A stretch of 64,000 nt of DNA from Vicugna vicugna (Eukaryota): the NCBI GenBank assembly GCA_013265495.1, contig MU058241.1, positions 186,001-250,000 of the forward strand, given 5' to 3'. A program made the translations under genes and the position numbers. The notes under the pieces were generated by a model. That model saw only the letters and a list, made by a program, of their open reading frames with translations, had not been told where the DNA came from and did no database searches. Positions 24,200 through 37,822 of the stretch are shown piece by piece. The first letter of the stretch is position 1; each line of letters opens with the position of its first letter.

Positions 24200-25200
24200 C
24201 GCTCCTATTTCAGCACAGGCCCTCTAAGAAACAGATGCTAAAACCAGCACAGACGTGGGAGACTTTCCTGGAGGACATGTCTGTATTCACTTCCTTGGGC
24301 TGCTGTATTGTATTACTACAAATGTAGTTGCTTAAACAACGTAAATTATTCCCTCTCAGTTCTAAAGTTCAGAAGTCTGAGGTCCAGATGTCAAGTGGGC
24401 TGGGCTGAGTCCAGAGGCTAAGGGAAACATCCATCCGTGCCTCTTTCAGCTTCAGGTGGATCTGGCTCGTGGTAGCCTTGTTCCATTCTTTGCCTTCATC
24501 TTCTTTGACCTCTTCCTCTGTGTCTCTGTGTTCTGCTTCTCTTATAAGGGCACCAGGCATTGGCTTAGGGGCCAACCTTAACACAAGGATGATCTCATCT
24601 CAAGATCCTTAATAACATCTGCAAAGACCCTTTTTTTCCAAATAAAGTCACATTCACAGATTCTGGGTGGACATATCTTTTGGGATTCACAAAGTGCCTG
24701 TGAAGGAGAAGGATATAAAGTGCAGCAGAAGGGAGAGCCTTCAGATAGTGATGCAGGTCTGGCACTTATGGAAAGAGAGAATGGAGGAGGATTGTAGGGG
24801 ATGGGCTTCAGCCATCACCACAGAGCTAAGAAAATTTTATCCAGGCTGTTGGAAGCCCCTCAAAATTCCTATGTTGAAGCTCATGTACAATGTGAGGATT
24901 TTAGGAGGTGAGGTCTTTGGGAGAGGTGATGAGGTCATGAGGGTGGAGCCCTCAAGAATGAGATTAGTGCCCTAATAAAAGGCCCCTCCAGCATGTGAAG
25001 ACACAGAAGATCCAGGAAGTGGGCCTTCACCAGACACCGACTCTGCTGGCACCTTGATCTTGGACGTCCAGCCTCCAGCACTGTGAGAGATAAATGCCTG
25101 TTGTTTATAAGACACTCTGTCTACGATATTTTGCTAAGTGGATGCAATGTCTGGATGATTCCATTCAACTGTGTTCCCCACAGCAGCTCTTCTTGCTAGG
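24200..25200. mobile_element. Nested LTR cluster: LTR16-like ERVL LTR split by MLT1B/C (24282-24690, minus) and MLT1A (24850-25135, plus)
   Basis: gcctgtgaaggag..gagagccttcagatagtgatgcaggtctg (LTR16-like); ctcatctcaagatccttaataacatctgcaaagaccc; catgagggtggagccctc..gcaccttgatcttggac. Confidence 0.7.
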
Positions 25201-28129
25201 AGAGCAGACCTTGTGCCAGCCCATGGCTGCAGCAGCCTCTGGGAAGATTATTTTGTCCACTGGGAACCTAAATGTTAGAACCATTGCTTAGGATCTGTGT
25301 TTCAGAGCTTAGAGCTAAGAGAAATTGATTTCGAGAAGCATTAAGGAGCACATTCTCCTCTTGAAGCTCCTAATGCACCTGAGACTATTGAACACTTGTA
25401 AAGTCCAAAGTATACACAGCCACTTAATTGTGTTTGTGTCTGCCCAAACTGTTTGACCGTTAACACTCCTTCCCAACACATGCATTTTGGGAATCCCTGC
25501 TGTGGATCAAACGATAAACAGGTTGTTTGATACTTTGGCGCGTGAGCCTGTTGGGCCACCAGCCCCAGGAGGAAAGTGGCCACCTGTGCAGCATTTTGGG
25601 GACCTGCCAAAGGCCTCCCTGATTAGAAATGTCCTCTGCCTGCTGGAGGAGGATTTCTCTCCATTATAATTTTGTTGGCTGGGTTTGAGGCTTTCATCTT
25701 TGCTACAACGTGAAGACTTCCGGGAGAGGGAATTTTGTTCTAATTTCACAAATGTTTTCTGAGCAGCTTCCTCAGTGCAAAGGCCTTGCCTCACCATTTG
25801 AAAAATCTCCTAACTTTCGTAGAGAAGATGCCTATGCAACACGTTCCTGCAGATGCTTACCTTAACTGGTTTTTAGAGCTTCCTGTGAACGCATTTTTCA
25901 AATTATTTTGAAAAACCTGTGATGAGGTTTCCAATGGGGAAGAAGAAAGCAGGAGAACTTGGATTCCTCAGGGTCTTGAGAGGTCGGTCCCAGGAAAGAG
26001 GGGAAGGACACCGAAAGGAGGCAGAAAGACAAACTCTGCTTACTCCTCAGATGTGCCCAAGGGCAGATGTGACAGACACATTTATCTGCAAAGCTATGAT
26101 GTTCACATATTGCACATTAGAGATGCGTTTTGAGTCTAGATTAAACAAAGTTCTCTTTTCCCCTCCTCTATGAAATACACTGAAGTATGACTTAATATGA
26201 TCATGGTGGGTTTATGGGGTGGGGGGCGTGAATTGCCCGATAATGAAGCCCTTTTTTAACTTTCATAGTCAAACCCTTTCTGTGGGATTCCTGAAGCATT
26301 TGCAAATAATTCAAATTTTTGCTCAAACATAAATAATATTTAAGTAAGTGTTATAGAAGGGGAACTTCAGATGTATCACACAAATACACACAACACACAC
26401 AGTAACCTCGCCCCACCTCCACCTTTAGGGAAACTTGTGATGTAGTAAATGTATAGTAAAAACGTAAGTCACATAAAGGATTCCTGGACACACACACATG
26501 CACATACACATGCACACACACACACTTAGCACCGTGTGTTCCCACGAACGGGTACCAGGCTGCAGGAGGAACCGCAGGCAGAGTGGGAGCAGTACTCACC
26601 ATCCCTGAAGCTCTTGCCCCTTACAGAGAGGTGCTTGGCTTTGCAGGGCTGACCAGGCACCACTGGGTGGGACCCCGCAACCCTGCGACCCTACACGTTT
26701 AGAGGGAAGTGGGGGGAGCAGACGGTACTTCTCGGGAGCCCCCCGGTGAGGCAGTGCCTGGTTAGAAGGCACTGCTTGTGCGCCCTTCTGCTGAGGCTCC
26801 GGCTCAGCTACTGCAAGCGGAGAGGGAACAGGCTTCTAGAGCCCTCTGAGCTTCTTTCTCTTCTCAGCCAGCGGCCAAGGGGGTTCCCTCATGCTTGGAT
26901 TCTGAAGCTCCTGAAACACTGAGACTTCCATTATTAACTCTGGTTTGGGGTTTAATTTGGGTCAGTGTCCTTTCAGGCTCACTGGCTTGCCATCCAGGCA
27001 TTGCACTGTGGGGGGAGTTTGTCAGCCACACAGATCCATCTGTTCTGGTTTTTGTGGAAGTCAGCATTTCTGGCTTGTTCCAGGAGAGCTGACCTGACAG
27101 AATCATAGCCTGTGACTCAGTAGCTTGTGGGAAATAGTCCTTTCTGCCACACTGAAGGAAAATTTCAGTTTTGTTGATAACAAGTATAAATTATAATTGA
27201 ATTTGATTGACTGAAGCTCTGGCACCTTGCAAAAATTTCCATGAGTAGTGATTTTAAAAAAGATTCATGGAAATTAACCAGGAATTTACTAGAAAGATAA
27301 CCACTTGTTTGTCCTAAGTTTCAGAGAGAATAGGCTCTGTGTTGTAGCCAAAAACTCAGGAAAATGGATTCATCCAGCATCTCAGAGTTTAACTTTTTGG
27401 GGTGCAATTTGGACATCTTGTGGAAGCGAGTGTGGTGATAGAGATCCTGAAATAGGCTTTCACATGCTGCAGACAAAACCCAGACTCAAACCACCCACTG
27501 AGGACTTTCCTCCTGTGCTGTGATGCAGCTGCCTGTGCCCATGTTTACTGGCAGCAAGGGCCGCGTGGCTGGACTCTCACTGGACAATTAGGTTTGCATA
27601 GGTGGACAGCATAAATACATCAGATCAAAGTCCATTTTTCTTTCTAGCTTACAACATTTGAGCAGTACTTGAAATAAAAATAGAAAAAGTTGCATCAGAG
27701 GCCAAATCATGATGACTTTATTCTTTGTATTAAAAGAATACAAGGAATTGTTATTAAGATTAAGCAATACAAAAACTGACAAAGAATAAAATAAAGACCT
27801 ACCCAGAATCCCCACCAACTGGAAGTAAACATCACCCCCTTTGGATAAGCATCACACTGAACACCTGAAAGTCCATCTGCAGAGGGAAGGACAGGAGGTA
27901 GACACATAATTACTTCAAAACACATTTTCATTGTGATCTGTGGTATCTGTCCCATTTTGTGAATTATAATTAACTTCACAGGAAGAAATGAAACTGATTT
28001 AGAACTGAGAGAAGAGTTAAATTTCAGATAGATGATTTTTTTTTCCTGCAAGAGATGTTAGCTCCTGAAGGACTGAACTAAGAAAGTAGATTATGAATAA
28101 CATTTAGAAGTTGAGGACATTATATATGT

Positions 28130-28690
28130 TTGAATTACAGTTTCCAGTTTTAGATAATATTCATTGACTCCCTGCTATGAAATTTGAGGACATTAGCCAT
28201 TTCACACTTCTGTCCATTTTCTCTTCTGATTTTCTTATTATGTTATTTTCATGCTGTGATAGTTTATATAACATTCACATTATACTCTATAATGATACTT
28301 CTCACAGTTGCTTAATATTAGTTCTATTTAAATGAATCATCTGCTTTGCTCATTGTTTGGCCCCAAATTCTCCATTTGTGAGGTTTTAGTTTTGTCTCTT
28401 ATTTGTCTGGATTTCATCTTCAAGCAGCTTTATCAAGAGGGCTCATGGTGTCTATGTTCTCCGAGCTCTTTTGTGCTGGAGAATGTCTCTGTGTTGCCTC
28501 TTTGCTTGAGTGACATCTTGACTGGATTTTGTGGGTTTCACATTCTTCCTTCAAGATGTTGTTGTCATTGCTCCATTGTTGACTGCTTTCAGTGTTACTG
28601 TAGAGAGTATAATTTTTCCCCCTATTTTGTAGGTGATTTGCCTTTTCTTCCTGAGTGTCTGAAGTATGTTTTCTTTATCCTTGAAGCCTT
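28130..28690 (-). mobile_element. HAL1/L1M ORF1-like ancient fragment
   Basis: cttgagtgacatcttgactgg..ttgctccattgt..tttgtaggtgatttgccttttc motifs. Confidence 0.55.
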
Positions 28691-28834
28691 GGTGGTGTCA
28701 AGTCTTGTGGAACTTTAAAAGAAAAATACAGTGTTATTTCTACTGATCCCAGAGAGAAACTGACAACCAGTGTATATGAGTTGAGAACTCCCTATTTGTT
28801 TTTCATTGTGAAACCTACAGAACAGTCACAGCAG

Positions 28835-29015
28835 CTGCCATTAATTGACTTCTCTGTGCAAAACCTGATATTGTTCTAAATGTTTTAAGGATATAATCTC
28901 AATTCTCCCACAAACCTTTGGAGTAGGAGCTATCATCCCCATTTTATAGATGAGGAAACTGAGCTTCTAAGATAATAGGTGACTTGCCAAGGGTTGCATA
29001 GCTATTAAGTAAAGT
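28835..29015 (-). mobile_element. MIR
   Basis: ccccattttatagatgaggaaactgag..gtgacttgccaaggg. Confidence 0.85.
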
Positions 29016-29044
29016 TCAGGTGAAAAGGGATAATTTTCCCTTTT

Positions 29045-29190
29045 GCTTTATTCATGTCCTAGTTTTAATATTTTACTATAGTTATATAAGATATCACCAT
29101 CAGGTGACTAAAATGTACACAGGACGTTATGAACTATTTTACAAATTCCTGTGGTTATATAATTATGTCAAGATAAAAAGTTAAAAAAAA
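29045..29190 (+). mobile_element. L1MC 3' terminus
   Basis: actatagttatataagatatcaccat..tattttacaaattcctgtg..taaaaagttaaaaaaaa. Confidence 0.65.
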
Positions 29191-29269
29191 GAACAAAACC
29201 TGAGCTAACTAATAGTTGATGCTGGTCTAGTACAATATTGGGAGTCATAGTGGAAACAGAGGGAGAGCA

Positions 29270-29590
29270 GAATAGATGTCACCTGGGGCTATTGTCACCT
29301 GAAAGCTTGACTGGTGCTGAAAAATCCACTTCCAAGATGGATTTCTCGTAACTTGGTGCTGGCAAGTTGGTTCCTTTCTCGGTAGGCTCTCTTGTGGATG
29401 GTTGAGTGTCCTCATGACAGGGTGGCTGCCTACCCCTAGAAAATTCAAGAAGTCCAGGTGAAAGTTGACCTGGTCTTGGAGCACTTCTGTAGTGTTGAAT
29501 TGATCAGTCAAGTAAGCCCTCATTCAGTGTGGGAAGGGGCTACACTAGGGTATAAATAAATACCAGGAGGCAAGCACCATTGAGGGAAAC
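29270..29590 (-). mobile_element. MaLR LTR fragment (MLT1F/G-like)
   Basis: cttgactggtgctgaaaaatccacttccaagatgg..gagtgtcctcatgaca..cagtgtgggaaggggctacac. Confidence 0.7.
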
Positions 29591-31129
29591 CTTTTCATGG
29601 AAGAAGGTCAGCAGAACTCTGGCTCTTTGTAGGTTTGGCAGATGAAGGGGAGTATACATCAGTATAGATTTGTGAATGTTGGTTATCAGAAGGATAGAGA
29701 TGTAGTTGTCAAGCTGTTTGGGAAGCAGCTGCTTTTGAGAAAGTAGCTTGCTGTTTTCAACATGTTGACTTTGAGGTGAACTGTGGGCCTGTCTCTCTAG
29801 ATTGACCTACAACTCATCCCTGGTGTTCAGCCCCACACCTGCCTCCTGATATCTGGCACCTGTCCCCTCTGACTCTTTCTGAGGTTGTACTGTAGGCACG
29901 AGCTTGCTCGTTCCCGTCCCCTGCTCTTCTAGGTCTTGGGCATTCATGGGACTCAACTCTGCTAACTGCTCATATCTGCTCTCTAGCTTCAGCACTTTCT
30001 GTTGGAGTCTCTTGTCTGCACTTTTCTATTCTTGAAATCCTTGTGACTATCTTGTTATTCCTTTATTCTCATTTGGCTAAGCTTTGGGAGGGGCCAGAGA
30101 TTATTGCAGGGTTAAACCTGCAAGGTTTAACTAGAAGTCAAGTCACATTTTTAGAAATTGGACTGATGATGCAGAAATTTTATTTAATCAGTGAAAAAAT
30201 TTGTTGAAACATTATATTTTGGGTGTGAACTAGGTAAAACAATTTAAAAAGTAATTTTTTCATTGTGTATATATATTGTCTGCTAGAGACATTCAATTTT
30301 TATTGGTCTTTTCACTCATTTTGTGAAGCTAAGAGAGCAAATACCACAAGTTTTATGATAAATTCTAATAATAAACAGCAGGTATGTATCATAAGAGGCT
30401 TCCCCCCCCCCCAAATTTCTCTTGGGTATAAGATGAGATATTAAATCATACTAGAGAGATATTATACATCTGATGAAATAAAACTAAATGGAGCAGAACT
30501 CTCATAATTATATTTTCTTTGGGGAATTTTAGGATTTTCATGAATACTTTGAATGATTATTATGATTTTTTTTTCTGCGTGCATAGCATTTTTTGAAATT
30601 CTTTGATGAATAAAAACTATTAGCAGGCCGACTAGATAAACATTTCTGTAGAGAAAAATCACTACTCGTTCCAGACAAGTAGTTATCATGCAAAGACTTA
30701 GCATCTTGACAATGTATAGTTATCTTTCCAAAGACTTCATTAACCCCTCATTGGATAGCTCTTCCTACCCTTTCAAAATGTGGTCCCTGGGATACAAGTG
30801 GCCACTTGTTCTGTGAAAAGCAGCCCCTCTCTGATGATTGCTCTGGATTTAGCTTGATTCACTTGGCTCCAAAGATACCTGCGTCATCTCTTCAGGGAAC
30901 ACAGCTCAGATGGCTGCTCTTGAAAAGCTGGAGTGTGAATATTTCAGAGCTGTGGGGGTGGGTGATTTGCTCCCCAGAAAGCAGAGATCATCCGTGAGTC
31001 CTGCAAAGGCTCCCTCAATCGTCTCCCCCACTCTCCCACCTTACCCAGCCCTGGAGGCACTCAGCGATGCTCGTGTGAATGTGCTATGGTCCTTGACCTG
31101 CTGCAGTCTTGGGATTTATAATTTCTCAT

Positions 31130-31269
31130 TATTTTATTTTTTTTTGTTTTAGAGGGAAGGTAATTAGGGTTATGTATTTATCTATTTATTTAATGGAGGT
31201 ATTGGGAATTGAACCTAGGACCTCATGCATGCTAAGCACGCAATCTACTACTGAGCTGTACCCTCCCCC
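31130..31269 (-). mobile_element. Camelid tRNA-derived SINE (vic-1 type)
   Basis: taatggaggtattgggaattgaacctaggacctcatgcatgctaagcacgcaatctactactgagctgtaccctccccc. Confidence 0.9.
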
Positions 31270-31394
31270 TGCTTGTTGTTTTCTAAAAAGGCAATCGTAA
31301 TAGTCATTTTATTATTACTTGATTATTGAGTAATTTACAAAAAGACATTGTTTTATAGCCTCCATCCATAATACTTCATTTGTTTATCTCTATT

Positions 31395-32042
31395 TTTAAC
31401 TTTAAAAAACTGAGATAAAATATGCATAACATAAAATTTGAAGTTATAGCTATTTTTAAGTGTACAGTTCTGTGGTGTTAAGTGCATTCATATTGCTGTC
31501 CAACCGTTATCACCATCCATTTCCAGAACTTTTTCATCCTCCCAAGTGGAAGCTCTGTACCCTCTAAATGATAACTCCCTGTTCCTCCTCCCACAGCCTC
31601 TGGCACCCACTGTTTTAATTTTCTGTCTCTATGGGTTTGACTCTTATGGGTATTGCAGTAAGTGGAATCATACAGTATTTGTTCTTTGTGACTGGCTTGT
31701 TTCATCTAGCATAACGTCCTCAAGGTTCAACCATATTGTAGTCTGTGTCAGAATTTCCTTCCTTTTTAAGGCTGAACCATATTCCATTGTATGTATAGAC
31801 CACATTCTGCTTATCCATTCATCCATTGATGGACACTCGGGTTGTTTCCATCTTTAGCTGTTGTGAATAATGCTGCTATAAATATGAGTTTACAGATACC
31901 TGTTTAAGACCCTGATTTCAATTCCTTTGGCTATATACTCAGAAGTGAAATTGCTAGATCATTTGATAATTCTGTATTTAACTTTTTGAGGAGCTACCAT
32001 ACTGTTTTTCATAGTGGCTGCATCATTTTACAATCGTACCAG
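31395..32042 (-). mobile_element. L1MB-type 3' end
   Basis: tttttaagtgtacagttc..caccatccatttccagaactttttcatc..atagtggctgcatcattttaca. Confidence 0.88.
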
Positions 32043-32124
32043 TCTCATTATTATGTTAAGACAGCTTTTATTCATTGTCTATCTGCTAGGGACACTGACA
32101 AAGTCTATCTTCGGGGATTTTTCT

Positions 32125-32940
32125 ATTTTTAAAAATTGAGATACAATTTACATTCCATTACCTTTGCTCTTTTAAAGTGTATAATTAAGTGCTTTTTAGT
32201 ATGTTTATAAAGGTTTGCAACAATTCTGCAGTCTAATTCCAGAATATTTCCATTATAAGTCACTCCCGTTCCTCTCTTTTCCCAGTTCCTGGTGATCACT
32301 AATCTACCTTCTGTCTCTGTGGATTTGCATATTCTGGAGATTTCATTCAATGGAGTCATACAACATGTGGTCTTTTGTGACTGGCTTCTTTCACTTAGGT
32401 AATGTTTTCAGGGTTCATCCATGTCATAGTAATAATCGGTACTTTATTCTTTTTTATAGCTGAACTATGCTCTATGAATAGACCTCATTTTGTTTGTTCA
32501 CTCACCAACTAGTGGACATTTGGGATGTTTCCATGTTTTGGCTGTTATGAATAATGCTTCTCTGAATAGCCATACATAAATTTTTGCATGGACATATATT
32601 TTCCACTTAATCTTGAGTTTATACCTGGGTCATGTGGTAATTCTGTTTAACTTTAGTGGAACTACCAAACTGTTTTCATTGTACATTCCCACCACCTGTG
32701 TGGGAGGGTTCCCGCTGCACCACATCCTCGCCAACACTTGTTATTGCCTGTAGTTTGATTATAGTCATCCCTACTGGGGATGAAGTGCTGTCTCATTGTG
32801 GTTTTGCTTTGTATTTTCCTGGTAGCTAATGATGTTGAACATCTTTTAACATGCTTGTTGGGCGTTTGTATATCTTCACTGGAGAAATATGTATTTGAAT
32901 CCGTTGCCCGTGTTCAATTGGGTTGTCTTTTTTATTGCCA
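32125..32940 (-). mobile_element. Second L1MB-type 3' end
   Basis: aattgagatacaatttaca..ctaatctaccttctgtctctgtggatttgc..ctcattgtggttttgctttgtatttt. Confidence 0.88.
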
Positions 32941-33795
32941 AATGGTGTCTGAATTACTTGATCCTCACTAAAGAAGGATGGTGCTGGCATTGGCCCCTTG
33001 GTGTAGATGAGAAGAAGTGAGACGTGGAGAGGCTGATGGGTGGGAGAGCTGGAGTTCCACTCCAGGCTTGTGAGGTGCCCATGCCTCGACCCCTAACCCC
33101 CAGACTATACTGCTTCTGCTGTGGGTTTCTGCCTTGTGAGATGTTCACATGGCTTGTGTGTGTCAAAGCAGTCCCAGCCTCAGGGATTCTCCAGTTGAAT
33201 GGTGCTTAGGGATCATCATCAGGACACATTTCTATACAATTCATTTGATGAGTTGCTGAACTTCTGTTTTTAAAATCATCAGATGGACCAAAAGCTTCCG
33301 TTCTCATTGGCTTTGCTGACGCCAGGGAAACAGAGCTTGTATGCGGCTTCCTTGAGAGTTCCTTGATAGTAACAGACACCCTGATGTTGTGCGTGAGATG
33401 CATATACCCTGTTCAGCTGCTGAGAAGGCTCAAGCCTGCCCTCTCTGAGGTCTGACTGTGTTTCTTGAGACATCTAGTTCAATAGATCTAGGCTGGACTC
33501 CTGGGGATTTATGTCTTCTGTAAGTTCCCAGGTGATGCTGAAGGCTCAGCTTATCAGCCCCCAGCACAGGGCTGGTGGTTGAATTCCTGAGGCTCACTGG
33601 ATTGCACCCAACATCCTGACTGGCTTCAAGTTTATCCACAAGTTGGTCCCACTCCTTTTACACCACCTCAGTCCTCCTTATTCACAGTTTCTTGTTAACT
33701 AAGAACAGGCATTTTATTCTCCTCTGACCAGGAATGGGCCCATGCCTGCAGCTGTTTCTTGCTCTAGTGTTTCCCTCACCTAGGCCTACTGTACG

Positions 33796-34320
33796 TGTGG
33801 TAGGCAGGTCTCTAAGATGGCTCACAATGTTCTGCTCCCTGGTGTGCACCCTCCCATGTGATCGCCTCCCCTTGAGTGTGAGCAGAACCTGTGAGTAGGA
33901 TGGGATATCACTGCTGTGATTTGCTGACTGATCCATTGACATTGAGTCAATCTAAAGGGAGAGTACCAGGGTGGGCCTGACCTAATCAGGAGATCACTTA
34001 AACGTAACTGGACTCTCCCTGAAGAGAGTGATTGGAAGGAGGCCTGTTAAGAGGGCCACGTATAAGGGAACTATGGGAAGTGGCCACCAGCTGACAGCCC
34101 ATATGAAAGTGGGGCCTTAGTCCTGCCCCTGCAAGGAACTGAATTTTACCAACAGCCTTAGCCTCAGATGAGACCACAGCATGGTGAGACCCAGAGCAGA
34201 GGACTCAGGTAGCATGTGTCCAACCTGAGTCCACACTATGGACCCATGGAAAATAAGATAAGTTCCTGTTGTTTTAAGTCACATGTTTGTTGTAATTTGT
34301 CACACAATTAAAAATGAACA
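33796..34320 (+). mobile_element. MaLR solo LTR (MLT1E-like)
   Basis: tgtggtaggcag..ctccccttgagtgtgagcagaacctgtga..ggtgggcctgacctaatcagg..tgttgttttaag. Confidence 0.8.
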
Positions 34321-35858
34321 CATTATGGGACACATTTAGACTCTTGTTAGCCCAGCCCCGAATGTTTGCTACTTCAGTGTTCAGAACAGAGTAGTCCCCT
34401 GTCTCCTCCTCTTCCCAGGGTTGGGCTCACACTTGAGTAACCAAAAACGCCCATTGGCTGGTGTCCTAAATAAAACATCATCATGCTGTGTGTACTTGCA
34501 ACACCTAAAACAATTTTTAGAAGCTTTGAAGATGCAGTTTTTCTTTCTCTTGGACTAGATTGATTTATTTTTTATTTTTTTATGGACTACTTCTGGCTAG
34601 TAGAATAAGCAGATCTAAGTGGTTGAGAATTTTCCCCCATGTTCTGTATCCTTATTTTTGTGCATTTCAGTGTTATCTTTCTGTGTTTACTCCCTGTGAA
34701 TGAGGGCCAGCTGTCCGTCTTATTTGTATGATTGTATGATATATGGTCCTTGGCAGACAATTGGGCTCATAGAATAGGCACAAAATCTTATGTGTGGCGT
34801 AAGTCCTTGATTGTAATGCCTCTAATGCTTACCTGGGGCAGTGCACAGGCTTGCTGTTGTTTATCTAGGTGAATGTCTTCAGTAGAAGTGCGTCTGCACA
34901 CCGACATTGAGAGGGAAGGGGACTAAGAGCTCATCCAGTTCATTCTTCTCCCGCTGCAGGTGAGCAACAGAATGTTTGAAGTCTTCTTTATTGAAGAGAA
35001 ATGGCTCATTGAAATATATTTGAAAAAATTAAATGTATACAGGGGGCAACTGCCAAAAAAGTAATGATTTAAAAATATTTTTGAAATTCAGTAATTGTTG
35101 ACCCCAGGAAATATCTGCAATGTGATAACCAGCAGCCAAGAGACTTCAAAGAAGGACAAACAGCTCCCCAAGGTGGTTTCCTATGTCTGTCCCAGTCAAC
35201 AGGCACTTACTAATTGGCACACAGGGAAGGCTTAGGCCACTTGGAAGTGGGGTTGATAACACAAAGAGAAAATTTTCCATTTACAACATACCTTGTTGGA
35301 GACTGAGTTTCTACTCAGTTAGAGTTGAACAGAATGAAGAAGTTCCTTGAAGCTTTGAAACATGGCGTCTGCCCCACTTAGAGGACTACTCTGTTAGACG
35401 TCAAAACAGCAGAAGGAAGTTGTTTACATTATTCCAGAGAATTAGGATCTAACTCACAAGTGAGTCTTTTATTTTTAAAATCTGCACTGGTTTTGCCTAA
35501 TCCATTGAAATTATTGGTGGCTTTGCAAAAACAAACAGGAAACAGAAGGAAATTACCTCCCCCAACTTCCCCTACCTTCAACACTCTCCCTTGAATCGCT
35601 GTTTTATTTAAATTTAATGCAGTGGGTTGCAGGCAGCACTGTATGGAAGGTAGAAAATCTGGATTCCATCCCCACCCTGGTTCCTGAGGGGCCTTACGAC
35701 CTGAGCCAGTCCAACACCTCCTTGGCCTCAGTCTGCTTTCTTGGGAAGTTAATCGTTTCAACTGTTCAAGTGTATCCTCTCTTTAATTCTCTGGGAGAAC
35801 CAGCAGGGACTAAGTGGAGACCAGTTAGGTCATCAACGCCAATGTTGTTTTTTCATTT

Positions 35859-36055
35859 CAGGGCTCAACAAAACATTCCTATAAAGGCCAGATACTGAAT
35901 ATTTTCAGCTCTGTCTTGACTACTCAGCTCTGCTGTTGTAGCTAAAAAGCAATAAATGAATGGGCAACTTTCAGTACAACTTTATTACAATTTTTTTTAA
36001 ACAAAAGGTGGCAGTATTAGGATTTGGCCTATAGGCTCCAATTTACTGACCCTTG
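35859..36055 (+). mobile_element. MER58A hAT MITE
   Basis: taaaggccagatactgaatatttt..actactcagctctgctgttgtagc..gatttggcc..tttactgacccttg. Confidence 0.8.
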
Positions 36056-36320
36056 TTCCACTGATTTTTTTTTCTGAGGACCTGAGTGAGGGTGGACAAA
36101 ATTAAGGAATGGAGACCTAGAGTGATTGTCTGGAGATCTTTTAAATAATGTATGATAAGGATGAGCTGTTTTTTGGTGCTAGGTGCTAGAGAGGCCAATC
36201 AGTCCTCTCACCTAAGCTTCTGTCCTCCCTCAAACAAGGATAACTAAAGTGACTTTTCCTGAGCACTTATCATTGGAAGTCCTCACCCTCGAATTTACTC
36301 CTCACTGCATGTCCTCAAGA

Positions 36321-36492
36321 CAGCTGATCTCCAGCTTTGCTGCCTATCAGAATCCCCTGGGGAGCTTGTGAATTCCGTGTGTCCAGGCCCCACTCCTTAC
36401 TAGTACGTCAGAACCCCCGGGGAGTGGATGGGCATCAGCAGCTGTAAAGCTCCCCAGCCAACTATCCTGGGCAGCCAAGTTTGAGAACCAGT
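36321..36492. mobile_element. MER5B-like MITE
   Basis: tcagaatcccctggggagcttg..aaagctcccca..gcagccaagtttgagaaccagtg. Confidence 0.75.
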
Positions 36493-36779
36493 GTTACAAG
36501 TAAATATTCTTATTATCTCTGTTGTTACGGAGTTTACAGAGGTAAGGTTGCCAAAGGAGACACAGCAAGAGAGTGGGCAAAGTGGTTTTCAAACTCACAC
36601 CACCAAAATTCCAACGCAGGGTTTTTACTCTCTGTTATTTTGATCCCCCACCAAGTAAGTGGAGATCATGAGCCAGTGGCAAATCCAAGATGTCATGTGA
36701 ATATTTGATAAACACTATGATAAATACGTATCATCATCATCATCACTGTTATTGTCACTGGGCATTTGCTAGAGTTGCT

Positions 36780-37822
36780 GTGTTGGTTGTATGTGCTGCA
36801 TAATCAGTTACCACAAAGTGAGTGGCTTAAAGCACTACCCATTTATTCTTGTAGTTTCTGTGGGTCCTAAGTCTAGGCAGGGCTGAGCTGGGTTCTCTGC
36901 TCAGGGTCTGTCACGGCCTCACTTTCCACTCAAGATGTTGGCTGGGCTGTGTTCTCATCTGGAGACTGGACTATGGAATGATCCTCTTTCGGGCTCCCTC
37001 AGGTTAATGGTAGAATTTGTTTCCTTGTAGCTGTGGTACTCACGGTATCTTGTTTCCTCAAGGCCAGCAAAAGAGCATCGCTGTAGCTCCAAGTCTCTGC
37101 TTTCAAGGAAAACTAGGACTGTCTTTACAGGGCTCACCTGAGTAGGTCAGGCCCACCAGTGGTGATCTCTCTTTTTTTTTTTTCCAAATAGACTTTATTT
37201 TTTAGAGAAGTTTTAGGTACACAGCAAAAAAGAGGGGAAGGTACAGAGATTTCCCAAATATCTCCTGCCTTCATACATACATAGCCTCCCCCACCATCAA
37301 CATCCCACATCAGAGTGGTGCATCTGTTGGAGTTCACGCTTACATTGTGCATTCTGTGGATCCTGACAAACGTATACTGACATGTATCCACCATTAAGTA
37401 TCATGCAGAGTAGTTTCATCACCCTAAAAATCCTCTGTGGTCTGTCTTCCCCTAACCTCTGGCAAGTACTGATCTTTTAAATTCCTCCATTATTTTGCCT
37501 TTTCCAGCATGTCATATAGGTGGAATCATACAGTCTGTAGCTTTTTCAGATGGGTTTCTTTCACCTAGTAATGTGTGTGTAAGTTTTCTCCATGTCTTTT
37601 CATGGCTTGATAGTTTCATTTTTTTAATCTCCTTTTTTAATGAACTCAGAGTCAACTGATTAGGGACTTTCTCATGTTGCACATCCCTTTTGTCTTCGCC
37701 ATATCGCATAGCATAACCTAATCATGGGAATGATATCCCATGGTGATATCAAAAGAAGATTATATAGTGGTTGTACAGCAGGGCCGTGGGAATCTTGGGG
37801 GCCCCTTAGAATTCTGCCTACC
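36780..37822 (-). mobile_element. MLT1E-like LTR split by an L1MC 3' end (37172-37625, minus)
   Basis: ttaccacaaagtgagtggcttaaa..ggtcaggcccacc | tagactttattttttagagaagttttagg..catggcttgatagt | agtcaactgatt..ttagaattctgcctaccac; atctc(t)cttttt on both sides of the L1. Confidence 0.8.
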
